Shown: piece by piece, positions 23,610 through 31,643 of the stretch
How positions within the stretch are numbered: position 1 is the stretch's first letter
Layout: each line of letters opens with the position of its first letter
NCBI GenBank assembly: GCA_964398415.1
Contig: CAYNOM010000001.1
Location: 1 to 47,551, forward strand
Length of the DNA stretch: 47,551 nucleotides
Direction of reading: 5' to 3'
DNA from: an uncultured Polyangiales bacterium
GTDB lineage: Bacteria > Myxococcota_A > Polyangia > Polyangiales > DASUME01
Made by a program: the position numbers and the translations under genes
Notes under the pieces: model-generated
The model's database searches: none
Seen by the model: the letters and a program-made list of their open reading frames with translations, nothing else
What the model was told of the DNA's origin: nothing

Positions 23610-25970
23610 ATGTACGCCGCGCTGGTTCGTTTGCGTGTTCCGATAGCCGTCGTGCTCTGCGCAGTCGTGGCGACGGCAGCGCTGGGGATCGCCCGCGCGG
23701 TCGTACCAGACAACTCGATCACGGCCTGGTTTCTGCCTGACGATCCAGCGGTGCAGAGCTACGAGCGCTTCCACGAGCACTTCGGCAACGATGAGGTGAT
23801 CCTCATCCAAGTGCACGAGCCGACGGGCGTGTTGACGCGAGACGTCCTCTCGCGTCTGCAGAAGCTCACGCACGCACTCGAGAACATCGACGGCATCGCC
23901 CGGGTGCACTCGGTCGTGACGGTCGAGGACGCCATCGACACGCCGGAAGGCATTCGCTTCGAGCGCAGGTTCAGCGATCCCTTACCGGACGATGCCGGCT
24001 TGATGCAAGCGGCGGCCGCGGCGCGCAACAGCGTCTTGTTTCGTGACCGCCTGCTGAACCCCTCGGGCACGCGCACGCTCTTGTGGGTCGAGATGGCGGT
24101 GTCCGATCGCGTGGACGACGAGCGCGGTCGCATCGTTCAGCAAGTCCGTGCGCAATCGGACCTCATCCTCGCTGGGCTCGAGCATCCCATGGCCGGATTC
24201 GGCGTGACCTACGCTGGGATCGACGAGCTCACCAAGCGCGACTTCGGGCTCTTTCTGGGTCTGTGTTACGCGGTGATGGTGGCATTTCTCGCTTGGGTCT
24301 TTCGCGAGCGCAGATTCGTCGTTGCCACCCTCGGCGTGATGCTTCTCAGCAGCGTCGCGGCGCTCGGGAGCCTCGGACTCGCGGGACATCGCATCAACAT
24401 GGTCACGTCCGTGCTGCCGACGTTGATCCTGGTCCTCGGCATCGCAGATGCGATTCACATGCCGGCTGCGTTCATGCTCGAAGAACGCGCACGTCCTGAT
24501 GCATCGCGTTTCGACATCGCGGTCGCGGCGCTGCGCCGTGTCGCGCTGCCCTGTCTGCTCACCAGCGCCACCACCATGGCGGGCTTCGCCTCGCTCGCCG
24601 TCTCGAAGATGGCGGTGATGTCCCAGCTCGGGCTGTTTGCGGCGATTGGGATGGCAGCGGCCTTGCTGCTGACGCTTTCGCTGATGACCGTCGCGTACAT
24701 GTCTGGCGCGAGGGCGCCCGCCACGGCGGCCCAGTCGTGGCTGTCGGCTTTGCTCGAAGCAGCCCACGCCTTCGTGACGCGGCGCACGGCTTGGGCCGCG
24801 GGCGTCCTGTTGACGTTGTCGGGGTGTGCTGTCTGGGGGGCACTGCAAGTCGAGGCAGACACCTATAGCCTCGGCTATCTTCCCGAGGACAGTCGCATCG
24901 TGACGGAGCACGAACAGATCGTCCGCGGCTGGGGCCACTACAGTCCGCTCGACTACACGATCGTGCCAAAGGAGGGGCAGCGCGTCGACAGCCCCGAGCT
25001 GTTGTCCAAGGTGGCCGAGTTCGTGCGCGAGGCGAGTCAGCTCGAGCAGGTTCACTACGGATTCGCAGCCCACGACTTCCACCGCGCGGTCGCTCAGGCA
25101 TTCGGTGCAGAGGTTCGCGCCGACGAGCCGCTCGCCAGCGACGTGATGGCCCAGGTCGGCCTGTTGCTCGAGGGCCAGGCGCAAGACCTCGAGTGGGATC
25201 AAACGAAGCCCGCCTACTTCGACAACTTCCTCGCACCGTTTCGCACGCGCGACGCCGACCTGGGCCGCGTCACCTTGGTGGTGGACATGATGAGCGCCCG
25301 GGGATTCGCGGAGCTGTTGGCCAAGCTCGAGCCCATCGCCGAGCGCACGCTGGGCGAATACGCTGCGCTGTCGCCGAGCGGCTACCTGCCGCTGTACGTC
25401 GGCGTGATCGACCACGTGATCTCGGCGCAGGTGCAGAGCTTCTTCATGGCGCTCGGCATCATCTTCGCCATCATGCTGATCTGGACGCGCTCCCTACGCC
25501 TTTCGTTGATCAGCCTCGTTCCGAATGTGTTCCCCGTGCTCGTGATGCTCGGTGTGATGGGTGCGTTCGATATCGACCTCGACATCGCCACGGCGACGGT
25601 GGCTGCCATCGTATTTGGCGTCGCGATCGACAACACCATCCACTTCATGCACCACTATCGCGAAGGGAAACGGCAGGGCCTCTCGTGGGACGATGCCCTC
25701 GCGCACTCCTATCGCAGTGCCGGTCATCCCGCGTTGATCACGGCGTGCTCGTTGCTCATCGGTTATCCCGTGCTGATGTTCGCGGCGGTCAAGCCCGTGT
25801 TCTATTTCGGGTTGCTCACGACGCTCGCTACGGTAGCCGCGCTCGTCGGAGATCTGTTGCTCTTGCCGCTGTTGCTGCGTTTCTTCGATCGTGCCCCTAG
25901 CCTTGCACCGTCATCTCGCGCGACGACGGCCGAGGTTGCGCTCGTCGACGGGCTTTCTTCCAGGAGATGA
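23610..25970 (+). CDS. MMPL/RND-superfamily transporter (HpnN-like lipid exporter architecture)
   Basis: 786-aa ORF with two repeats of one TM helix, a soluble loop and five TM helices. The N-terminus has the typical MMPL pattern (DNSITAWFLPDDPAVQSYERFHEHFGNDEVILIQV). The start lies 4 nt after the methyltransferase stop. Confidence 0.85.
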   Translation: MYAALVRLRVPIAVVLCAVVATAALGIARAVVPDNSITAWFLPDDPAVQSYERFHEHFGNDEVILIQVHEPTGVLTRDVLSRLQKLTHALENIDGIARVHSVVTVEDAIDTPEGIRFERRFSDPLPDDAGLMQAAAAARNSVLFRDRLLNPSGTRTLLWVEMAVSDRVDDERGRIVQQVRAQSDLILAGLEHPMAGFGVTYAGIDELTKRDFGLFLGLCYAVMVAFLAWVFRERRFVVATLGVMLLSSVAALGSLGLAGHRINMVTSVLPTLILVLGIADAIHMPAAFMLEERARPDASRFDIAVAALRRVALPCLLTSATTMAGFASLAVSKMAVMSQLGLFAAIGMAAALLLTLSLMTVAYMSGARAPATAAQSWLSALLEAAHAFVTRRTAWAAGVLLTLSGCAVWGALQVEADTYSLGYLPEDSRIVTEHEQIVRGWGHYSPLDYTIVPKEGQRVDSPELLSKVAEFVREASQLEQVHYGFAAHDFHRAVAQAFGAEVRADEPLASDVMAQVGLLLEGQAQDLEWDQTKPAYFDNFLAPFRTRDADLGRVTLVVDMMSARGFAELLAKLEPIAERTLGEYAALSPSGYLPLYVGVIDHVISAQVQSFFMALGIIFAIMLIWTRSLRLSLISLVPNVFPVLVMLGVMGAFDIDLDIATATVAAIVFGVAIDNTIHFMHHYREGKRQGLSWDDALAHSYRSAGHPALITACSLLIGYPVLMFAAVKPVFYFGLLTTLATVAALVGDLLLLPLLLRFFDRAPSLAPSSRATTAEVALVDGLSSRR

Positions 25971-25973
25971 AAC

Positions 25974-26465
25974 ATGATCACGATACGCGTCGAGACTCAC
26001 AAGCATGCGATCGTCCACGCCACGTTGCGTTCGGTCTTCGAGCTGCTCAGGAACGTGGAGGACGTCGCGCGCATGATGCCTGGCGTCGAGCGCACCGAGT
26101 CCGTGGGACCAGGCCGTTATCGCTGCGTGCTCAAGCCCCAGTCGACCCTGGGCATGACGTTCCAGGGCGACTACGTCTGCGCGTATCGAGACAATGGACG
26201 CGACGAGATTTCTTGGACCTCGCCCGAGGGCAACATGAAGTCGGAGGGCACGTTTCGCATCGCGGGTCGTGATCATGCCGTGGCGCTGTCCCTCTCGGTC
26301 GTCAGCGATGTCGAGCTGCCTTTTCCACGGATGGTACGCGTGCCAGCCCAGAAGTATGCGGAGTACGTGACGAGTCGCGGCGTGGACGTTCAGCTCGCGC
26401 GCATTCGAGACCGCCTCGAGGCCAAAGTCGCGAGCTACCCACAGGTCGCAACGCTCGCCGAGTGA
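25974..26465 (+). CDS. SRPBCC-superfamily (START/CoxG/polyketide-cyclase-like) ligand-binding protein
   Basis: 163-aa ORF. The pattern RVETHKHAIVHATLRSVFELLRNVEDVARMMPGVE...G..KSEGTFRI is typical of SRPBCC folds. The start lies 3 nt after the MMPL stop. Confidence 0.6.
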   Translation: MITIRVETHKHAIVHATLRSVFELLRNVEDVARMMPGVERTESVGPGRYRCVLKPQSTLGMTFQGDYVCAYRDNGRDEISWTSPEGNMKSEGTFRIAGRDHAVALSLSVVSDVELPFPRMVRVPAQKYAEYVTSRGVDVQLARIRDRLEAKVASYPQVATLAE

Positions 26466-26755
26466 AGATCTGCCTGGGCGTGTGAACAACTCGGCCGCCG
26501 CACTGTGACCGACTCGCAGACAGGGCGACCTCACCCGTCCGCGAGAATCGCTTGTATCTTCGAGCGACACATCGTGGCACGCAGCGTGCAGTGGCAAGCC
26601 CACGTCGCATGCGCTCACGGGCCTGCATGCGCAGGAGCGAGGGTTGACCGATGTGTGTAGACGTTGCGGAGAACGAGACCTTACCTGGTGGGCCGCCCAA
26701 CACGGCAACGCGAGCGGCCAGGGGGGCGAACAGGCAGCGTGATCGCGTGAACACA

Positions 26756-27706
26756 ATGCTCGCCCTGGGCCTGCTCGCGCTCGGCGGGTGCCAGGACAGC
26801 GTAGGTTTCGCGGTCGACGACGGCGGGGCCATCGACGGCGGGGCCATCGACGGAGAGGCCCCGATCGGCTCAGATGCCGACACCAGCTCGCAGGGCACGG
26901 ACGGCGCAGCATCGGGCGACGGCAGCCCGAGCGGTGGCGACGGCTGTATGCCACCCGACATGCTCCTCGTGCTCGACCGCACGATGAGTATGTCCAAGAC
27001 CCCCGCCGGCCCTTCACCCGAGAACACGACGGAGGGCCGTCGCGCGTCGAAGTGGCACCTCGCGATCGCTGCGTTCGAAACGCTCACGTCGCAGCTCGAC
27101 GGAACGATTCGCTTCGGCCTCGAGCTCTTTCCCAAGGACCCGGGCAAAGACCAATGCCTGACCCTCGCACAACGCATCGAAGGTCAGACCGCCACGAACG
27201 CGAAGTGCCAGGGCGGTGAAGTGTTGGTAGTGCCAGCGCTCGAGACAGGCGATGCCATCGCGAGTGCGCTCGATCCGGAGACAACCCTCTTGTGCACGAG
27301 CACGCCGATCGGAGCGGGCCTGGCCACGGCGCGCGCGGCCCTCTCCGACATCGCGAGTCAGGCGCGCAAGCAGTACGCCGTGCTGCTCACGGATGGCAGG
27401 GACACGTGCGACGAGTCGCTGTCGCTCACGAATGCGCAGAACCTCGTCTCCGACGGCGTTGGCCTGTACGTGATCGGATTCGATGGCTCGGGCAAGGGCG
27501 TCGACAACGGCCACCTCAACGACCTCGCCTGCGCGGGCCACACGGCCAAGGGCTTTCCTGACGCATGCGTGGAAGACGCCGCAGGCAACTTCACCGCGAA
27601 GGATCGCGAGGGCGCCGCGCTGTACATCCTCGCCCAAGATCAGACACAGCTGATCGACGAGCTGAAGAGCGTGGCCGGCCAGGTCTGCTGCAACTGCGTG
27701 ATCTGA
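26756..27706 (+). CDS. von Willebrand factor A (VWA) domain lipoprotein
   Basis: ORF 26651..27706 with the likely start at ATG 26756 (MLALGLLALGGC, lipobox). The MIDAS-like motif is LVLDRTMSMS. Later blocks GLELFP, TPIGAGL and VLLTDGRDTC fit a VWA fold. The C-terminus is Cys-rich (VCCNCVI). Confidence 0.8.
   Translation: MLALGLLALGGCQDSVGFAVDDGGAIDGGAIDGEAPIGSDADTSSQGTDGAASGDGSPSGGDGCMPPDMLLVLDRTMSMSKTPAGPSPENTTEGRRASKWHLAIAAFETLTSQLDGTIRFGLELFPKDPGKDQCLTLAQRIEGQTATNAKCQGGEVLVVPALETGDAIASALDPETTLLCTSTPIGAGLATARAALSDIASQARKQYAVLLTDGRDTCDESLSLTNAQNLVSDGVGLYVIGFDGSGKGVDNGHLNDLACAGHTAKGFPDACVEDAAGNFTAKDREGAALYILAQDQTQLIDELKSVAGQVCCNCVI
26822..26851 (+). repeat. perfect 15-bp tandem duplication (ggcggggccatcgac x2) inside the VWA lipoprotein linker
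   Basis: Read directly: 26822-26836 equals 26837-26851, encoding GGAID-GGAID. A degenerate third copy follows. Confidence 0.9.
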
Positions 27707-27715
27707 GTCAATGAG

Positions 27716-28339
27716 TCAGGTCGCTGTGGGCTCCGCGCGGGCCGCGCGGACGAAGGCCTGCACGAGCACCTGACTCTTCACGCCCGGCGAGCCCTCGACG
27801 CCGCTCGCCGTGTCCACGCAGAAGGGCGACACGGCGCGGATGGCGTCGGCTACGTTTTCGGCCGTCAGGCCGCCCGCCAACGTCAGCTTGCGCTCTGCGG
27901 CCACCTGGCTCGCAACGCTCCAGTCGAAGGTTGCGCCGGTGCCTCCCGGGAGTCCCGGCACGTAGGCGTCGAGCAGGATGTGCTCGCCAGGATAGCGACG
28001 CGCATCCTCCACCGCCGAGCGACCACGCACGCGCAAGGCCTTGTACGCGTGGGGCAAGAGCTGCGCGACCAGGTCGGGAGGCTCGTCGCCGTGCAGCTGC
28101 ACGCAACCTAGGCCGAGCTCTCCGATGTGCCGCCGAATCTCCTCGAGCTCAGCGTCGACGAACACCCCGACGACCAGCACACGGCCTTGCACAGCCTGCG
28201 CGATGGCCTTCGCGGTGTCGAAGGCGCAGGCGCGCACCGAACCTGGCCAGAAATTCAGCCCAAGAGCATCGACGCCGGCCTCGACACACATCAGCGCGTC
28301 TTCGACCGAGGTCAGCCCGCACACCTTCACGCGCGTCAT
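27716..28339 (-). CDS. trpF: phosphoribosylanthranilate isomerase
   Basis: ORF 27716..28351 with the likely start at MTRVKVCGLTSVEDALMCVEAGVDALGLNFWPGS. This is the canonical TrpF N-terminus (KICG...D...GAD..G.F). The protein is about 207 aa. Confidence 0.88.
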   Translation of the reverse strand: MTRVKVCGLTSVEDALMCVEAGVDALGLNFWPGSVRACAFDTAKAIAQAVQGRVLVVGVFVDAELEEIRRHIGELGLGCVQLHGDEPPDLVAQLLPHAYKALRVRGRSAVEDARRYPGEHILLDAYVPGLPGGTGATFDWSVASQVAAERKLTLAGGLTAENVADAIRAVSPFCVDTASGVEGSPGVKSQVLVQAFVRAARAEPTAT

Positions 28340-28389
28340 CCCCAAGACCATAGCAGCGCGCGGTCGGCCTGCCTCGTCGTCGCAGGAGC

Positions 28390-28767
28390 TCAGTCGAGCT
28401 TGAGCAGCTCCTTGACCTTCTCGATCACCTGCGGCGCCTGGATCGGCTTCGTGATGTAGGCATTGGCCCCGAGGGCCAGGGCGCGAGTGCGATCTTCCTG
28501 GGAGCCCTCGGTGGTGATGATGATGATCGGCACATCCTTGTGCGCCTCATCGGTTCGGATCCGCTTCACCAACTTCAGCCCATCCATGATCGGCATGTTG
28601 ATGTCGGTGATGATGATGTCGAACTTGGCTCCAGCCAGTTTGCGCAGGCCATCGACGCCGTCGTCTGCCTCCGTCACCTCGACCTCACGCACACGCTGCA
28701 AAGCGAAGACGAGAAGCTGCCGCATCATGGGCGAGTCTTCGACAACGAGACATCGGTACTGGGCCAT
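28390..28767 (-). CDS. cheY: single-domain response regulator (CheY-like), distal copy
   Basis: 125-aa ORF with VVEDSP, the phospho-acceptor IITDINMPIMDG, IIITTEG and YITKP (conserved Lys). Confidence 0.9.
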   Translation of the reverse strand: MAQYRCLVVEDSPMMRQLLVFALQRVREVEVTEADDGVDGLRKLAGAKFDIIITDINMPIMDGLKLVKRIRTDEAHKDVPIIIITTEGSQEDRTRALALGANAYITKPIQAPQVIEKVKELLKLD

Positions 28768-28773
28768 GTAGCC

Positions 28774-29670
28774 TCACTTCAAACTCTCGCCGAGGCCGGC
28801 GAGAGCGCTGAGTAGGTCTTGTTCTTTCTGATACAGATGCGCCGCGAGCAGCGCGGTCGCGGCATGTGAGCCGAGGAGATGAAACAGCTCCTGGTCGACC
28901 TGGACCCAGGCGTGCTTTTGCTCGAGCAGCTGCACGATGGCGATCACCCCCACGGTTTGGTTGTCGACCAGCATGGGCAACACGGCGAGCGGGCTCTGGA
29001 GCGAGCCCTCGCCGAGCGGATCGCCCTGCTTGACCGACGACACCCCGCTCGCGCACACGCTGCCGATCGCGCCTTGGCCTATCGTGATCGGCACGAGCTC
29101 GCTCTCGATGATGCCCTCGGAGCCCACCGGCATGGCGTGCGTGCCCTCGTCGTTCAGCACGTAGACCGCGAAGCGTTCAGCGCCCACCAACTGCGCGAGC
29201 AGCTCTTTGATGTGCTGCAAGACGTGAGCGGGCTTGAGCGTCGAGTGGAGCTGAAAGCTCGCCACGTACAGATTGGCCAGGTCGTTCAGCTCCTGCTCGA
29301 TGGCCGCATAGCGCCCTTCGTGACGCCGTGAGGCCTGCTCGAGCTGACTCGACTTCTCGAGCAGACTGCGCTTCTCTTGCTCGAGTCGCTCGATGTTGCG
29401 CAGAAAGTCGCGGATCGCGTCGTCGCTCTTCACCTGAGCCCGGAGCGCGGCGTTGTCGGCCTCGAGCATGTTGATGCGGTGCCGCAGCCCGTCGTTCTCG
29501 TGAAGCAGCTCCTCCGTGAACTCGACGCCCTTGCGCAGGAAGTTGCGCACGAAGGCCTCACGCTCACGGGTCAGCTCCCCGGATGAGCTGGGTCTCGGAT
29601 GAATGGTCGGGCTGTCGTCGTCCATTTCGCTCGTGCTCTCGCTCATGTTCCCATGCCCATGCGTGGTCAC
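28774..29670 (-). CDS. coiled-coil plus GAF-domain protein
   Basis: 298-aa ORF. The N-terminal heptad-rich segment reads RHRINMLEADNAALRAQV...IERLEQEKRSLLEKSSQLEQASRR. It is followed by a GAF-like block: LKPAHVLQHIKELLAQLVGAERFAVYVLND...GAIGSV...LAVLPMLVDNQTVGVIAIVQLL. Its start overlaps the cheB stop (ATGA). Confidence 0.7.
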   Translation of the reverse strand: MTTHGHGNMSESTSEMDDDSPTIHPRPSSSGELTREREAFVRNFLRKGVEFTEELLHENDGLRHRINMLEADNAALRAQVKSDDAIRDFLRNIERLEQEKRSLLEKSSQLEQASRRHEGRYAAIEQELNDLANLYVASFQLHSTLKPAHVLQHIKELLAQLVGAERFAVYVLNDEGTHAMPVGSEGIIESELVPITIGQGAIGSVCASGVSSVKQGDPLGEGSLQSPLAVLPMLVDNQTVGVIAIVQLLEQKHAWVQVDQELFHLLGSHAATALLAAHLYQKEQDLLSALAGLGESLK

Positions 29671-30761
29671 ACAATGAGATCTGCAAGATGGGTCGCCAGT
29701 GCACCGAGGGGCAGACTGCGATCGACCTCACCCGTGCGGACCGCTGCGCCCGGCATGCCGTAGATCACGGCCGTTTCGGGCGCTTCGGCGTACACCGTCC
29801 CGCCATGCGCCTTGATCGCGACCACACCGCGCGCACCGTCGTCGCCCATGCCCGTGAGCACGACGCCGATCACGCGCTCGGCCGCCACCTCGGCTGCGCT
29901 CTTGAAGAGTCGATCGACTGAAGGGATGAAGCGATCGCCTGGCGCAGGATCCACCACGCTCGCCGCAAAGCCGTTTCCGAACGTGACGATCTCGAGGCAC
30001 TTGCCGCCAGGACACAACACGGCCTTGCCCGGCGTGAGTGGCTCGAACTCGCGCGCCTCACTGACCTTGAGCCCTCCGAGCTTGTGCAAGCGCTCGGCGA
30101 AGGTTCGCGTGAAGCGCTCGGGCATGTGCTGCGCCACCACCACCGCCGCATTGGAGGCGGGCTTGAAGTGGGAGAACACCTCGACGAGCGCGCTCGGTCC
30201 GCCCGTCGAAGCGCCGATCACCACCAGCTTGTTCACCGCTTGATCACGCTCGACCACGACCGGCGGCGCGGGCGCGGGCATGGCCGTCGCCGGTTGGCTG
30301 AAGACGCCGGTCAAGGGGCCTCCAGCGCGCACGACGCGGCGCTTTGGATCTCGGCCCGCCGGGGTGAGCTGGCGGACCATCGACACCTTCTCTCCGAGCT
30401 CCTGCTCGATGGCGGACAGGTCGCTCGCGATGGTGCGCGTCGGCTTGGCGATGAAGTCGATGGCTCCGAGCTCGAGCGCGCGAAAAACGTTCTCTCGAGC
30501 AGAGTTGCCGCTGACGACGATCACCGGCGTGGGCTGGCGTGCCATCAACAGGCGCAGGAAGGTGAAGCCATCCATGCGCGGCATTTCGAGGTCCAAGGTG
30601 ATCAGATCGGGCGTCAACGAGGCCGCGAGCTTCAGCGCTTCGTCGCCATCGGCGGCTTTGCCGACGACCTCGACCCCGTCGATGTTCATCAACAGGTCTC
30701 CAATCGTGCGTCGATTGAAGGCTGAATCGTCTACGACCATCACGCGCAACTTGGCGGTCAT
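29667..30761 (-). CDS. cheB: chemotaxis response regulator protein-glutamate methylesterase
   Basis: 364-aa ORF. The receiver domain has VMVVDDS and LITLDLEMPRMDG. The CheB catalytic domain has VVIGASTGGPSAL, VVAQHMP..FT..FA.RL and LTGMGDDGA. Confidence 0.93.
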   Translation of the reverse strand: MTAKLRVMVVDDSAFNRRTIGDLLMNIDGVEVVGKAADGDEALKLAASLTPDLITLDLEMPRMDGFTFLRLLMARQPTPVIVVSGNSARENVFRALELGAIDFIAKPTRTIASDLSAIEQELGEKVSMVRQLTPAGRDPKRRVVRAGGPLTGVFSQPATAMPAPAPPVVVERDQAVNKLVVIGASTGGPSALVEVFSHFKPASNAAVVVAQHMPERFTRTFAERLHKLGGLKVSEAREFEPLTPGKAVLCPGGKCLEIVTFGNGFAASVVDPAPGDRFIPSVDRLFKSAAEVAAERVIGVVLTGMGDDGARGVVAIKAHGGTVYAEAPETAVIYGMPGAAVRTGEVDRSLPLGALATHLADLIV

Positions 30762-31642
30762 CGAGTCTCTCCCTTTCCTAGAGGAGGCTTTGCGGGAGTC
30801 GGTGGCTTTCGGTATGCGAGATCGGATGAGAGATGCATGAGCTCGAATGCGGTTGACACGTTGAGGAGTGACTCGCTGTGCCCGAGGAACAGATACCCTT
30901 CGGGCTGCAGGCGCTCGTAGAAGCCCTCGATCACTTTACGCCGTGACGCGGTGTCGAAGTAGATCAGTACGTTACGGCAGAAGATCGCTTCTACCATCCC
31001 GATCACGCTGTAGCGTGCCGCATCGAGCAGGTTGAGGTGCGCAAAGTTGCACATGGCGCGAATGTCCGCGCGCACCGTGCGCCCCTCCGAAGTCTCCACG
31101 AAGTACTCCGCATACTGCTCGGGCATGCTGCGAAAGCTTGACGGACCGTAGGTCGCCCGGCGCGCCACCTGCAGCACGCGACGCGAGATGTCGTTGCCGA
31201 TCACGCGTACATCCCAGCCCTCGAACATACCCGATTCGCGGATCAGAATGGCGAGCGTGTAGACCTCCTCGCCCGTCGAGCAGCCAGCGCTCCAGATCGA
31301 GAGCCTGCGCATCCGACGACCACGCTCGTAGAGCATCGGCAGCACCTCACGCTGAAACGCGCGTAGCTGGTACTCCTCGCGAAACAGGTAGGTCTCGTTG
31401 GTGGTGAGCACATCTACCGCGCGCTCGATCTCCGCCTTGGCATCCGGGTGATAGCGCAGGTAGTGGTAGTACTCGCCGAAGTCGGCGATATCGAGATCTT
31501 GCAGGCGTTCCTTGAGCTTGCGTTCGAGCACGAACTGCATGTCGTCCGGAAAGCGAATGCCGCAGAAGTCGTTGACCAAGTCCCGCAGGAGGCGAAACTC
31601 CTCCGGCTTGATCTTCGGGCCCGTATCGAAGAGCAAGGGCAC
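30758..31642 (-). CDS. cheR: chemotaxis protein-glutamate O-methyltransferase
   Basis: 294-aa ORF with TTNETYLFRE, RLSIWSAGCSTGEEVYTLAIL, VIGNDIS, FCRNVLIYFD and LFLGHSES. Confidence 0.93.
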   Translation of the reverse strand: MPLLFDTGPKIKPEEFRLLRDLVNDFCGIRFPDDMQFVLERKLKERLQDLDIADFGEYYHYLRYHPDAKAEIERAVDVLTTNETYLFREEYQLRAFQREVLPMLYERGRRMRRLSIWSAGCSTGEEVYTLAILIRESGMFEGWDVRVIGNDISRRVLQVARRATYGPSSFRSMPEQYAEYFVETSEGRTVRADIRAMCNFAHLNLLDAARYSVIGMVEAIFCRNVLIYFDTASRRKVIEGFYERLQPEGYLFLGHSESLLNVSTAFELMHLSSDLAYRKPPTPAKPPLGKGETR

Positions 31643-31643
31643 C

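Noticed and set aside
22310-25415. ORFs 22310..23722 (-) and 23982..25415 (-), antisense to the DUF2156, methyltransferase and MMPL genes.
   Set aside because: No domains were recognised. The sense-strand genes have clear family signatures and operon spacing.
25911-27177. ORFs 25911..27017 (-) and 26302..27177 (-), spanning the SRPBCC gene and the 290-bp spacer.
   Set aside because: They are Arg/Pro/Cys-rich, overlap plus-strand genes and have no motifs. I therefore treat the spacer 26466-26755 as non-coding, with no specific element identified.
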